From a virus (Duplodnaviria > Heunggongvirae > Uroviricota > Caudoviricetes): a stretch of DNA of 64,000 nucleotides. The position numbers were made by a program, and so were the translations under genes. The notes below the pieces were generated by a model, which was not told the origin of the DNA, did not search any database, and saw only the letters and a list, made by a program, of their open reading frames with translations. Of the stretch, positions 48,423-58,154 are shown piece after piece. Every line of letters begins with the position of its first letter. Position 1 is the stretch's first letter. The DNA lies in IMG/VR virus record IMGVR_UViG_2671180724_000008; one strand, given 5' to 3'.

Positions 48423-48651
48423 GGCAAAGTCGTTATGGGAGCTTTCGAGACTTTGCCATCACGATGAAAAGACTTGAACGAGGCCAGACGGTGATGTTTC
48501 ACAAGCCCTACCCGCCACAAGGAAATCCCGTAGCGTTTTATCTTGGAAGGTTAACAAGAAAAGGCGTATTGAGACGCAGATCCTTCCCGGCGCATACGGA
48601 GTTCAGATTGAAAGAAGGTCAAAAGCTAACACACGGTATCAAAGGTGTTAT

Positions 48652-50568
48652 ATGAAGTTTTTAAAGCTCCAGGTTGAGAATTTTATGGCTATCGCCAGCG
48701 CGGAGGTCGAGTTAGATCAGCGTGGTTTAGTGCTAATTCAGGGCGTTAATAGTGATGATAGTTCCGCATCAAGTAATGGCTCTGGAAAGTCAACTCTAAT
48801 GAATAGCCTGATGTGGTGTCTTTATGGCGAAACAGCTCATGGTGTGAAGGGTGACGATGTGTTGTCTACCGACCATGAAAAGAACTGTCGTGTTGCAGTA
48901 ACCATCGAGGATGAAGGCAAGAGATATGCGATCATTCGTCACCGTAAACACAAAGAGTTCAAAAATCGTCTTATCGTTCGTGGTGAAGATGGCGATATGA
49001 CGAAAGGCAAAGATGCGCTGACGCAGGAGTTCGTCGAGCGTCTGATCGGTGCATCTAAAGAGGTTTTCATGGCTTCCATCTATGCGAGCCAAGAAGCTAT
49101 GCCAGATTTACCTGGAATGTCCGACAAAAACCTCAAAACCATCGTAGAAGAAGCCGCTGGCGTTGACAGACTGACACGCGCCTACGCTATTGCTCGTGAG
49201 CGAGCTAATGCAGCTGCCGCACGTATGGATGTGGTTAAAACCAAATTGGAGTCGACAATCTCGACCATTGAGGCAACACAGTCAGAAATTGAGTCCGCGA
49301 AAGCCTCCTCTGAATCATGGGAACAAGAGCGTTCTAAACGTTATGACGATGCCTTGGCTGGGCTGGCAAGTGCCGAAGTTGAGTTAACGGAAGTTGAACT
49401 TGAGATCCGCACTCTTCCCGAACAGATCCGTGATACCGAGAAGGCAATCGAAAGTGAGCGCAAAAAGTTAGCCTCAAAAGAAGAACATGACGCCAAGTTG
49501 CTCAAAGTGCGTGGTGCGATAACTGATATTCGGGCAAGCATCAAAGCTACAGAAAATAGTCAGGCTGATGCAATGAGCCGCGCGCGCAATTTTAAGACTA
49601 AAGCAGAAGAGGTTGGTACTAAAGTGGGATCGCCATGCCCTACTTGTGGCAAAGCCTACTGCGAAGAAGATCTATCAACGGTGAAGGAGAATTTCATTGA
49701 ACAAGCACGTCAGGAAATTGGTCAGGCGAAGACACTTGCAGAGGCAATGGCTAAACACAAAACGAATCTTGAGAAAGCGTTAAGCATTGAGTCTGCCCTT
49801 GTTAAAACGACACCTGATGTAACGGCTATCATTGCACGGATTGAAGAGCTTACTAAACAACTCTCATCTTTGCGTCATCGTGAGAAGGAGGTTGTTGCTA
49901 TTGAGTCTCTTGTTACTCGTGCTCGTGCAGAGGTAGATCGTATCTCAAAAGAGGTTAATCCGTTTATTGCACTTATCGCCAGACACGAAGATAACCTGGC
50001 ATCCAGTAAGTCTACCTTCAAGTCCTTAAAAGATGAGTTGAAGGCTATTCAGGAACAAACGTTGCTATTGGAAAAAGCTCGTCAGGTCTACTCTCCTGCC
50101 GGGGTGCGTTCTCATATTTTGACGTCTGTTACGCCTTTCCTGAATACACGTACAGCTGAGTATCTCAATACGTTGTCTGACGGGAATATTACTGCTGAGT
50201 GGTCGACGATGGATGTCACTAAAAAAGGTGAGTATCGCGACAAATTCAACATTAGTGTGCAGAAGAAAGGTTCAAGTAAGTCGTTCCAGACCCTCTCTGG
50301 TGGTGAGAAGCGGAAGGTTCGCATTGCGTGTTCTTTGGCATTGCAGGATCTGGTTAGTAACCGGGCGAGTAAAAACATCGATTTGTTTATCGGCGACGAA
50401 ATTGACGATGCACTCGATACAGCCGGTCTTGAACGCCTCATGGGTATTCTGGAGTCCAAAGCTCGCGAGCGAGGTACTGTGCTGATTATCTCCCATAAAG
50501 AGATGAAGTCATGGTTCCGGGAAACTATTACGCTGGAAGTTAAAGAGGGGCGCAGCTATGTCGTTTAA
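48652..50568 (+). CDS. SbcC/Rad50-like ATPase
   Basis: 638-aa ORF. N-terminal Walker A NGSGKST, central coiled coil with CPTCGK zinc hook, C-terminal signature LSGGEKRK and Walker B LFIGDEID. Confidence 0.65.
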   Translation: MKFLKLQVENFMAIASAEVELDQRGLVLIQGVNSDDSSASSNGSGKSTLMNSLMWCLYGETAHGVKGDDVLSTDHEKNCRVAVTIEDEGKRYAIIRHRKHKEFKNRLIVRGEDGDMTKGKDALTQEFVERLIGASKEVFMASIYASQEAMPDLPGMSDKNLKTIVEEAAGVDRLTRAYAIARERANAAAARMDVVKTKLESTISTIEATQSEIESAKASSESWEQERSKRYDDALAGLASAEVELTEVELEIRTLPEQIRDTEKAIESERKKLASKEEHDAKLLKVRGAITDIRASIKATENSQADAMSRARNFKTKAEEVGTKVGSPCPTCGKAYCEEDLSTVKENFIEQARQEIGQAKTLAEAMAKHKTNLEKALSIESALVKTTPDVTAIIARIEELTKQLSSLRHREKEVVAIESLVTRARAEVDRISKEVNPFIALIARHEDNLASSKSTFKSLKDELKAIQEQTLLLEKARQVYSPAGVRSHILTSVTPFLNTRTAEYLNTLSDGNITAEWSTMDVTKKGEYRDKFNISVQKKGSSKSFQTLSGGEKRKVRIACSLALQDLVSNRASKNIDLFIGDEIDDALDTAGLERLMGILESKARERGTVLIISHKEMKSWFRETITLEVKEGRSYVV

Positions 50569-51301
50569 ATTAAGCCGCTCGCAGTTTTTGCAGGTATTTG
50601 CAGTGATGCAGTCGATAAAACTGATCAATGGGCATACTTCCAATAGTGCGGCTCCACGTATTCTGTGGGGCAGCAATAATATTGACAAAGCACAATTCGC
50701 CCCGTTGCTTGGTCTAATATCCGAGACACCATTGATGCAAAGTTTGGAATCACTACCGTCTGGATGTATTGCGCCGATCTTGATTAATCCTTTTGTTGAG
50801 GGGGGATATCTTCCCAACGTCGGACCTGGGTTTATCGCAACCCATGAAACTGAAGATCTTAACATTAATAGCGAAGGGTTCTTTGGGGCAATGGATGCGC
50901 ATCTCTGTATGGCTTTCACGAACCTTATTCGACTTGCCAATAAGCGGGCGGATAGTTTGGCATCGCCAGGTGATGCTTTTACTGGTTTCCTTATCCAAAG
51001 GAGGGATAAAAAGTACAGTGCGGACAAACTACAGTTTGTTGGTAAGTATGGAGAAATGGTAGAAATCGAACTTCAGCTCCCTCATGTTTTAGCAAACGAT
51101 AGTGCAGACAGTCGGAGGCTGTTGGGCATCATGCGTCATTTCATAGCAAGTGGCGTTAAACATGCCGTAGATAAACGTGTCACGCAGGAAAATGAGTATT
51201 CAGACTTTGCAAGCTATCCCCAACCAACGTTGCAAACGGCAATAGTAGCCAATTCGTTGGAGGCGAGATTATTGGAAAACCCTATATGGGGAACATGGTA
51301 A
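50558..51301 (+). CDS. hypothetical protein
   Basis: 247-aa ORF overlapping the SbcC-like stop. Confidence 0.4.
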   Translation: MSFKLSRSQFLQVFAVMQSIKLINGHTSNSAAPRILWGSNNIDKAQFAPLLGLISETPLMQSLESLPSGCIAPILINPFVEGGYLPNVGPGFIATHETEDLNINSEGFFGAMDAHLCMAFTNLIRLANKRADSLASPGDAFTGFLIQRRDKKYSADKLQFVGKYGEMVEIELQLPHVLANDSADSRRLLGIMRHFIASGVKHAVDKRVTQENEYSDFASYPQPTLQTAIVANSLEARLLENPIWGTW

Positions 51302-51310
51302 GGAGACTAT

Positions 51311-51880
51311 ATGAGTAAAAAAATCAGCGTAGTTGGTGTTGATCCCTCAATGAGCAACTTTGGGCTTGCTGTGGGCACTTTAGACCTTGAAACGGACGAA
51401 CTTGAGATTCACGGCCTTACTCTTGTTGAGACTAAAGCGGGGAGTAACAAAAAGACAGTTCGTGTGAACAGTGACGATCTGCGCCGTGCCAGTGAAATAT
51501 GGCGTGTTGCGAAGCCAATCATTGATAAGGCAAATATGGTTTTTTGTGAGCTACCGGTTGGGAGCCAAAACTCTCGTTCGCAGACGTCTTACGGTATTTG
51601 TATCGGTGTACTTGCGTGTGTGGATAAGCCATTGATCCAGGTCACTCCAAACGAAATTAAGCATTTTGTCGGCAATAAACTTACTACATCGAAAGAAGAG
51701 ATTATCCAGTGGGCTACGAAAAAACACCCTAAAGCACCGTGGCTGCGTCGTAAGCAATCTGGACAGGATGTTCTCGTGAACAAAAACGAACATTTGGCTG
51801 ATGCGGTGGCTGCCATCCATACCGGTATGCAAACGGATCAGTTCCGCCAGGTGCGCGATGTTCTTAAGTCTCTCATTTGA
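51311..51880 (+). CDS. RuvC-like Holliday junction resolvase (putative)
   Basis: 189-aa ORF. N-terminal ISVVGVDPS resembles the RuvC/YqgF catalytic Asp motif. RBS aaggag upstream. Confidence 0.5.
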   Translation: MSKKISVVGVDPSMSNFGLAVGTLDLETDELEIHGLTLVETKAGSNKKTVRVNSDDLRRASEIWRVAKPIIDKANMVFCELPVGSQNSRSQTSYGICIGVLACVDKPLIQVTPNEIKHFVGNKLTTSKEEIIQWATKKHPKAPWLRRKQSGQDVLVNKNEHLADAVAAIHTGMQTDQFRQVRDVLKSLI

Positions 51881-51914
51881 TTTCATTGATAGGTAAGTGC
51901 TTATCTATTAACAT

Positions 51915-51947
51915 GGGCCACTATATTTAGTGGCCCTCTTTATTTGG
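51915..51947 (+). terminator. rho-independent terminator
   Basis: gggccact-atattt-agtggccc hairpin followed by tctttatttgg. Confidence 0.65.
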
Positions 51948-51953
51948 TGATAC

Positions 51954-54269
51954 ATGATAAGCATCGTAAAACGTAACGGCCAAACAGAGCCGTTATCCGA
52001 AGAAAAATACAACCGCGTCGTAATGTATGGCGTAGAAGGCATTCGTGGTGTAAGCGCATCCGCTGTAGCAATGGGAGCTGCGGCCAGCATTTTTGATGGG
52101 ATTACCACCAGCCAGTTGCATGAGGCTTTGGTTAAATCTGCCGCTGATTTGATCTCACCAGATGCACCAAATTACTCGCAGGTGGCTGCCCGCCTGAACA
52201 TTTTTAAAATCCGCAAAGATGCCTTCGGTCGTTACGACTATCCGAACTTCTACCAACACATTGTCAAGAACGTTAACAAGGGCGTCTATGACAAGGATTT
52301 GCTGACACATTATTCATTTGAAGAGATCGAAGAACTCGGCAATTACATTAAGCCTAAACGTGACGATCTTTTTGGCTATGCAGCTACGGTGCAATTGCAA
52401 AGCAAATATCTCGTTCAAAACCGTGTTACTGGTGAGATTCATGAGGGGCCGCAACATATCTATATGCTGGTAGGCATGTGTCTGTTCCAGAATTGGGAAG
52501 ACGACTGCGCTGGCAAAACACGTATGGAGATGGTCAAAGGTTTCTATGACGTTACAAGTACGTTCAAACTGTCTCTGCCCACACCAATCATGGCCGGCGT
52601 CCGTACTCCAACCCGTCAGTTCTCCAGTTGTGTGCTGATTGAGTCTGGCGATAGTCTGAAAGGTATTAGTGCAGCTTCAGCCGCAATTATCGACTACGTT
52701 TCACGTCGTGCTGGAATTGGTATTGGTTTTGGCCGTATCCGTGCGCTGGGCAGCGAGATCCGCAATGGTGAAGCCACCCATACCGGAGTTATTCCATTCC
52801 TGAAGCATTTCCAGACGGCTGTTAAATCTTGTTCGCAAGGTGGTGTTCGTGGTGGCGCAGCAACAGCGTTTTACCCGATCTGGCATCTTGAAGTTGAAAG
52901 TCTGCTGGTGGTGAAAAATAACCGTGGTATTGATGAAAACCGCGTTCGCCATCTTGATTACGGCGTCATGAGTAACCGTCTAATGTACCGTCGACTCGTC
53001 AGAAGCGAGAACATCACTCTGTTCAGCCCGCATGATGTGCCTGATATGTACGAAGCCTTCTTCACAGACCAGGATCTGTTTGAAAAGCTGTACCATAAAT
53101 ACGAAGCCGATGATTCAATTCGCAAGAAGTCAGTACCTGCCATTGAGCTGTTCTCATCTCTGATGCAGGAACGAGCGTCCACGGGCCGAATTTATATTGC
53201 GAACGTCGATCATATTAATGAGCATGGCGCTTTCATTCCTGCTCTTGCACCTGTCCGCCAGTCAAACCTGTGCATGGAGATCACTCTACCCACTCGTCCA
53301 CTGGCATTTACCGACGACCCGAACGGTGAGATCGCGCTATGCACTTTATCCGCTTTTAACCTCGGAGCCATCCGTTCACTGGAGTCTCTTAAAGAGGTGG
53401 CGTTCTATGCCGTTGCTGCACTGGATTCGTTACTGGATTATCAAGACTATCCGATGGAGGCAGCCGAAGTGCCTGCCAAAGCTCGTCGTAGCCTGGGAAT
53501 CGGTGTAACCAACTTTGCTTATTACCTGGCAAAGAATGGCGTTCGTTATTCTGATACCGCTGGCAATAAACTGGTGCATGAAACGTTCGAAGCTATCCAG
53601 TATTACCTTCTTGATGCCAGCTGCCGACTTGCTGAAGCAAAAGGTGAGTGTGACTGGTTTGAGCAGACCAAGTACGCAATTGGTCAGTTGCCGATCGACC
53701 ATTACCGTTCTTCATTAGACGAAAGTGACGAAACCAACTTTGAGTTAAAGATGCCGTGGGAAGAACTGCGTGAACGTATTGCGAAATACGGCCTTCGCAA
53801 CTCCACACTGACGGCACAAATGCCATGTGAGACTTCCAGCCAGATCACTAATTCCACCAACGGCATCGAACCGCCTCGTGGCCCGGTGTCGGTGAAATCT
53901 TCTAAGGACGGCATCGTTAAGATGGTCGTGCCTGAGTTTGAAAAACTGAAGGAACAGTATGAATACCTGTGGGATATGCCGGACAACCGCGGCTATCTGA
54001 CAAAGGTGGCGATCATCCAGAAGTTCTTCGACCAGGCTATTTCAGCCAATACCAACTATGACCCTTCTCGCTTTGAAGGCGATAAAGTCCCAATGATGAC
54101 GCTACTGTCAGATTTGCTTCTCGCCTACAAGATGGGAGTTAAAACGCTTTACTACCACAACACCAGAGATGGGGCAGGAAAGCGTGATGACGACGAACCG
54201 CAGAATCCACTGACGCAAGCTGTAGCCGTCGAGCCAGAAGATGAGTGCGACGGAGCCTGCAAAATCTGA
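51954..54269 (+). CDS. nrdA: ribonucleoside-diphosphate reductase alpha subunit (class Ia NrdA)
   Basis: 771-aa ORF. Near-collinear, high-identity match (by eye) to enterobacterial NrdA along its length, including N-terminal ATP-cone, catalytic-site segments and C-terminal Cys pair. Confidence 0.9.
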   Translation: MISIVKRNGQTEPLSEEKYNRVVMYGVEGIRGVSASAVAMGAAASIFDGITTSQLHEALVKSAADLISPDAPNYSQVAARLNIFKIRKDAFGRYDYPNFYQHIVKNVNKGVYDKDLLTHYSFEEIEELGNYIKPKRDDLFGYAATVQLQSKYLVQNRVTGEIHEGPQHIYMLVGMCLFQNWEDDCAGKTRMEMVKGFYDVTSTFKLSLPTPIMAGVRTPTRQFSSCVLIESGDSLKGISAASAAIIDYVSRRAGIGIGFGRIRALGSEIRNGEATHTGVIPFLKHFQTAVKSCSQGGVRGGAATAFYPIWHLEVESLLVVKNNRGIDENRVRHLDYGVMSNRLMYRRLVRSENITLFSPHDVPDMYEAFFTDQDLFEKLYHKYEADDSIRKKSVPAIELFSSLMQERASTGRIYIANVDHINEHGAFIPALAPVRQSNLCMEITLPTRPLAFTDDPNGEIALCTLSAFNLGAIRSLESLKEVAFYAVAALDSLLDYQDYPMEAAEVPAKARRSLGIGVTNFAYYLAKNGVRYSDTAGNKLVHETFEAIQYYLLDASCRLAEAKGECDWFEQTKYAIGQLPIDHYRSSLDESDETNFELKMPWEELRERIAKYGLRNSTLTAQMPCETSSQITNSTNGIEPPRGPVSVKSSKDGIVKMVVPEFEKLKEQYEYLWDMPDNRGYLTKVAIIQKFFDQAISANTNYDPSRFEGDKVPMMTLLSDLLLAYKMGVKTLYYHNTRDGAGKRDDDEPQNPLTQAVAVEPEDECDGACKI

Positions 54270-54374
54270 CATATGGTGGGGGGTATCCCCACCTTCTCTT
54301 TGATTTGTAAGCCTTGTTTAAACAAATAAGATAACAACTTGTTTAAACACATCAAAAAGCAAAAGGAAAAACAC

Positions 54375-55517
54375 ATGTCATATTCAACGTTCCGTTTGGG
54401 TGCTAATGATGCAACCAAAGAGCCTATGTTCCTCGGACAATCTGTCAACGTGGCACGTTACGATCAGCAAAAATACCGTGATTTTGAAAAGTTGATTGAA
54501 CGTCAATTGTCTTTCTTCTGGCGGCCGGAAGAAGTTGATATTTCGAGCGATCGCATCGACTTCAATACGAAGCTGCGGGACCACGAACGCCACATTTTCC
54601 TGAGTAATCTCCGTTATCAAACGTTGCTCGATTCAGTTCAGGGACGTAGCCCAAATGCAACGCTGCTGCCGCTTATCTCTATTCCTGAACTGGAAACGTG
54701 GGTTGAAACGTGGTCTTTCTCTGAGACTATCCATAGCCGTAGCTACACCCACATTATTCGTGGCATGGTGGACGATCCGAGCATTGTTTTTGACGGTATT
54801 GTTACGGATGAAGAAATCATCAACCGAGCGATCAGTATCTCTGCTGAATATGACAGGCTTTATGGGATGACATGCGAGCGCCAGTCGTTAGGTGAGAAGG
54901 AGTTTGAACGTCTGTACGTAAATGAATATGGCTGGGAGCCATACCCTTTGCACCGTCAGCTTTTCCGCACGTTGGTGTCCATTAATGCGCTTGAGGCGAT
55001 CCGTTTCTATGTAAGTTTTGCATGTACGTTTGCCTTTGGCGAACGGAAGTTGCTTGAGGGTAACACCAAAATTATGCGCTTTATTGCCCGTGATGAAGCT
55101 CTGCATTGCGAAGGAACTGAACGCATGATCCGCTTCATGCGTACCGGTCGAGAAGGTTTATTGTGGAAAGAGATTGCTGCTGATGAAGAAAACGTCATTT
55201 ACGACACCATGAAATCAGTCGCCGAACAAGAAATGAACTGGGCAGACTATCTCTTCAAAGACGGTTCGATGATTGGTTTAAACGCGGATATTCTCAAAAC
55301 CTATGTAAAATACCGCACCAATCTGGCTATGAATCGTCTTGGCCTGAAGGCTTTATTTCCAGAAGTTACCACTGATCCGCTGGTCTGGATGAACAAGTGG
55401 TTGTTAACCGACACACTGCAAATTGCACCACAAGAGGCAGAGCAAAGCACATATCTGGTAGGTCAGATCGATTCTACCGTGGATAAGGCTTCTCTAAGCC
55501 AGTTTGCAGACCTGTAA
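54375..55517 (+). CDS. nrdB: ribonucleoside-diphosphate reductase beta subunit (class Ia NrdB)
   Basis: Start at the ATG preceded by aaaaggaaaaacacATG. Iron-ligand and tyrosyl-radical region [18 protein letters not shown] and ARDEALH conserved as in E. coli NrdB. Confidence 0.9.
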   Translation: MSYSTFRLGANDATKEPMFLGQSVNVARYDQQKYRDFEKLIERQLSFFWRPEEVDISSDRIDFNTKLRDHERHIFLSNLRYQTLLDSVQGRSPNATLLPLISIPELETWVETWSFSETIHSRSYTHIIRGMVDDPSIVFDGIVTDEEIINRAISISAEYDRLYGMTCERQSLGEKEFERLYVNEYGWEPYPLHRQLFRTLVSINALEAIRFYVSFACTFAFGERKLLEGNTKIMRFIARDEALHCEGTERMIRFMRTGREGLLWKEIAADEENVIYDTMKSVAEQEMNWADYLFKDGSMIGLNADILKTYVKYRTNLAMNRLGLKALFPEVTTDPLVWMNKWLLTDTLQIAPQEAEQSTYLVGQIDSTVDKASLSQFADL

Positions 55518-55594
55518 ACCGATACAAAGCATTATGTGGCCTGGCAACGCTGGGCCACAATGGATCACAAGAATTAAGAAGGAACAAAACTAGC

Positions 55595-56464
55595 ATGAAC
55601 TTTACCAAACTGACTGACCACCTGAAACTTGCCACCGATCGACTCATTGGATTTAAGCCAGAACCATATGAGTTGCATGAAGGTCATGGTGTAGCTACTG
55701 AAAGTATTTACAAGATGGTCGATCAGTTTCATGAACTCTTCCAGCATCCGAGACGCGTTATGCCGACACCAGAGCTGCTTCGTCTCCGTGCAAGCCTGAT
55801 TCATGAAGAAGCTGTAGTGGAAGGTATTCCAGCCGCAATGAATGGGGATATTGAGCAACTGCTGGATGCAATGGCCGACTTTTTATACGTTGGTGTTGGT
55901 ACGATGGTCGCCATCAAAGGTGGTATTTCTACCGGCATGACCTATTACACGCAGGAACAGAGCATTGATCGCTTTATGCAGACAATTTTTGTGCCTGGTA
56001 ACACTGTTTTCGATGATATGGCAATGCCATTTCAGGAAGCTCGTGAGGCGTCATGTATGCTCGAAGAGCTGGCAGATAAACTTGAGAACAAGACTGTTAA
56101 GGATTCTGAGCTGATTCAGGAACTGCGCCGTGTAATGAACAAAATCTATGTGGCGTGCATGATGACCTATCGACTGGCTGATTTCCTCGGTATCAATGTC
56201 GTCGAGCTGGTTGGCGAAATTCATCGGTCCAACATGACAAAATTATGGCCTGCAGATGCCGAAGAGCGTCGCCATGCTGTGGCCAACTGCAAATACGACT
56301 CTTCTGACCTGGGATTTCGCCATGCTGATGGCACCGATAAGATGATCGGTTTTCGAATTTCCGATGGAAAGATTCTGAAGTCTCCAACCTATAGTGATGT
56401 CGATTTATCCTCCTTTGTTGAGCAAGCTAAAGCCTCAGCAATGTACGGAATGATCAAAAAATAA
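55595..56464 (+). CDS. MazG-like nucleoside triphosphate pyrophosphohydrolase (putative, tandem all-alpha NTP-PPase modules)
   Basis: 289-aa ORF with two EE..E...D..D acidic helical motifs (IHEEAVVEG...DIEQLLDAMADFLY and EEL..K...D.E.I.E), located between nrdB and thyA. Confidence 0.35.
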   Translation: MNFTKLTDHLKLATDRLIGFKPEPYELHEGHGVATESIYKMVDQFHELFQHPRRVMPTPELLRLRASLIHEEAVVEGIPAAMNGDIEQLLDAMADFLYVGVGTMVAIKGGISTGMTYYTQEQSIDRFMQTIFVPGNTVFDDMAMPFQEAREASCMLEELADKLENKTVKDSELIQELRRVMNKIYVACMMTYRLADFLGINVVELVGEIHRSNMTKLWPADAEERRHAVANCKYDSSDLGFRHADGTDKMIGFRISDGKILKSPTYSDVDLSSFVEQAKASAMYGMIKK

Positions 56465-56533
56465 TTGTAGGTAGTTATCTATCTGTGTATATTGCATTGG
56501 CGCGTTAAATTTCTGAAACAACTATTCGTTTTT

Positions 56534-56558
56534 GGTGGCCTATGGCCACCATTTTTTT
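56534..56558 (+). terminator. rho-independent terminator
   Basis: ggtggcc-tat-ggccacc hairpin followed by attttttt. Confidence 0.75.
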
Positions 56559-56635
56559 ATCTATCTGGTCTTGTTCGCTCAATAAATGTAAACTCACATA
56601 ATGAATAAGTAGTTACTTATCTTTGTGAGGTTTTT

Positions 56636-57739
56636 GTGTCACTCCTTTTGAATCGTGAGCATACGAACGGTCAGGTAACAAACGCATCGTATGCAAAAGT
56701 TATTGAGACGGTGCTTAAAAGCGGCGTGCAGGCTGATGATCGCACAGGCACTGGTACTTTAAGCACCTGCTACGTTCCCTCTTACTACATGCTTACTGGT
56801 GGGACTGTGCCGCTTATTTCTGGAAAGGCGGTAAATCTTAAGCCACTACTTGTCGAACTTGAGTGGTATCTGAAAGGCACGGGCAACATCCAATTTCTCA
56901 AGGATAACGGCGTTAAGATTTGGGATGCATGGGCCGATGAGAATGGCGATTTGGGGCCGGTTTACGGTAAGCAGTGGCGTCGCTGGGAAGATACCCGCAT
57001 CGTGAGCCATAGTGAGTATCTGAGCAAGATCGATACGTTCCGTGAACGCGGGTACAAAGTCGAGGGATACCTGGGTATCAGTGAAGATCGCGTAGTGCTG
57101 TCCCGTGAAATCGATCAGCTACAGCGTATTGTCGATACACTGCGCACGAACCCTACCGATCGTCGCATCATGCTTAACGCATGGAACGTAGGCGAGCTTG
57201 AGGATATGAAACTGCCACCTTGCCACTTTGTCTTCTCTTTGTGGAGTCGTGAGCTTGATTTTGAAACCCGTTTAACGATGGCAACTGACATTGGTCTTCA
57301 ACACAGTCGCCTCGGTTACGAGTCTATCTACACCAAGATGCTATACGATCTGGAGATGGTCGGCAGTGTTACTGAAACTGAACTGGATGAACTTGGAATC
57401 CCCAAACGCATCCTCAACTCCTGCCTCGTACAGCGTAGCGTAGACACTTTTGTTGGTATGCCATTCAATATTGCTGGTTATGGCATTCTCACTCATTTTC
57501 TCGCGAAGATTACGGGTCACATGGCCGGTGCCTTTGTGCATTTTGGCTTTGACGTGCATTTGTACAATAACCACATGGAAAGTGTGTGTGAGCTAATGAA
57601 ACGACAGGCTCCAGAGCATTCAGATCCGGTCGTTATTTTCCCTCATGAATGGTCTGAGCTGGATGATTTCAAATGGGACGATATTCTGATTCTTGGCTAT
57701 GACCCTCTACCGTGGATCAAGGTTCCAGTGGCGGTGTGA
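56636..57739 (+). CDS. thyA: thymidylate synthase (ThyA family) with internal insertion
   Basis: GTG start. Conserved DRTGTGTLS, RRIMLNAWN and catalytic LPPCHFVF motifs plus QRSVDTFVGMPFNIAGY. At 367 aa it is about 100 aa longer than E. coli ThyA, mainly from an insertion after the catalytic Cys. Confidence 0.8.
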   Translation: MSLLLNREHTNGQVTNASYAKVIETVLKSGVQADDRTGTGTLSTCYVPSYYMLTGGTVPLISGKAVNLKPLLVELEWYLKGTGNIQFLKDNGVKIWDAWADENGDLGPVYGKQWRRWEDTRIVSHSEYLSKIDTFRERGYKVEGYLGISEDRVVLSREIDQLQRIVDTLRTNPTDRRIMLNAWNVGELEDMKLPPCHFVFSLWSRELDFETRLTMATDIGLQHSRLGYESIYTKMLYDLEMVGSVTETELDELGIPKRILNSCLVQRSVDTFVGMPFNIAGYGILTHFLAKITGHMAGAFVHFGFDVHLYNNHMESVCELMKRQAPEHSDPVVIFPHEWSELDDFKWDDILILGYDPLPWIKVPVAV

Positions 57740-57740
57740 T

Positions 57741-58154
57741 ATGGCAAGAGGTATGTATGTCTTATGCGAAATTGAAGGTGTGCTGGCAAATACCAGCCAT
57801 CGTAAATCTGTATCTGACGCGGATGCAGGCCAGCTCATTGCCGGTGATGAACTCATTTTCCCTACCAGCCGTATGTTGCGTGGTTTTGCTCGCTCAGGGG
57901 CTGAAGTGGTGCTTATCAGTAGCCGCTCTGAAACCCTTGAAGCGCCCACTAAACGATGGCTGAAAGATTTTGGTGTTGATTACGACTGGCTTCATCTCGT
58001 ACCGAATGGCATCAGTTATGAGAAGCATATTAAGCGCACATTAGCGGAGCATAAAGGCGATCTGCTTATCGCTGCGCTGGTGCACGATCCTCGACTCCGT
58101 GCCGCTTTAGCTGACTCTCATCATAGACCGGTCATCTATGAGGTGGGCAAATGA
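57741..58154 (+). CDS. HAD-fold hydrolase-like protein (putative nucleotidase-like; atypical motif I)
   Basis: Start at the ATG immediately after the thyA stop. Motif YVLCEIEGVLA resembles HAD motif I DxDGVL but with Glu in place of Asp. Confidence 0.3.
   Translation: MARGMYVLCEIEGVLANTSHRKSVSDADAGQLIAGDELIFPTSRMLRGFARSGAEVVLISSRSETLEAPTKRWLKDFGVDYDWLHLVPNGISYEKHIKRTLAEHKGDLLIAALVHDPRLRAALADSHHRPVIYEVGK

Noticed and set aside
48377-48655. 92-aa ORF bridging the SbcD-like and SbcC-like genes
   Set aside because: It overlaps the 3' end of the SbcD-like gene in another frame, with no RBS or distinctive features. It may be real but is not supported.
51954-57739. Group I introns or inteins in nrdA, nrdB or thyA, as in T-even phages
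   Set aside because: All three read as uninterrupted frames with conserved motifs in order. The extra length in ThyA is an in-frame insertion without intein splice-junction motifs (no terminal Cys/Ser ... His-Asn).
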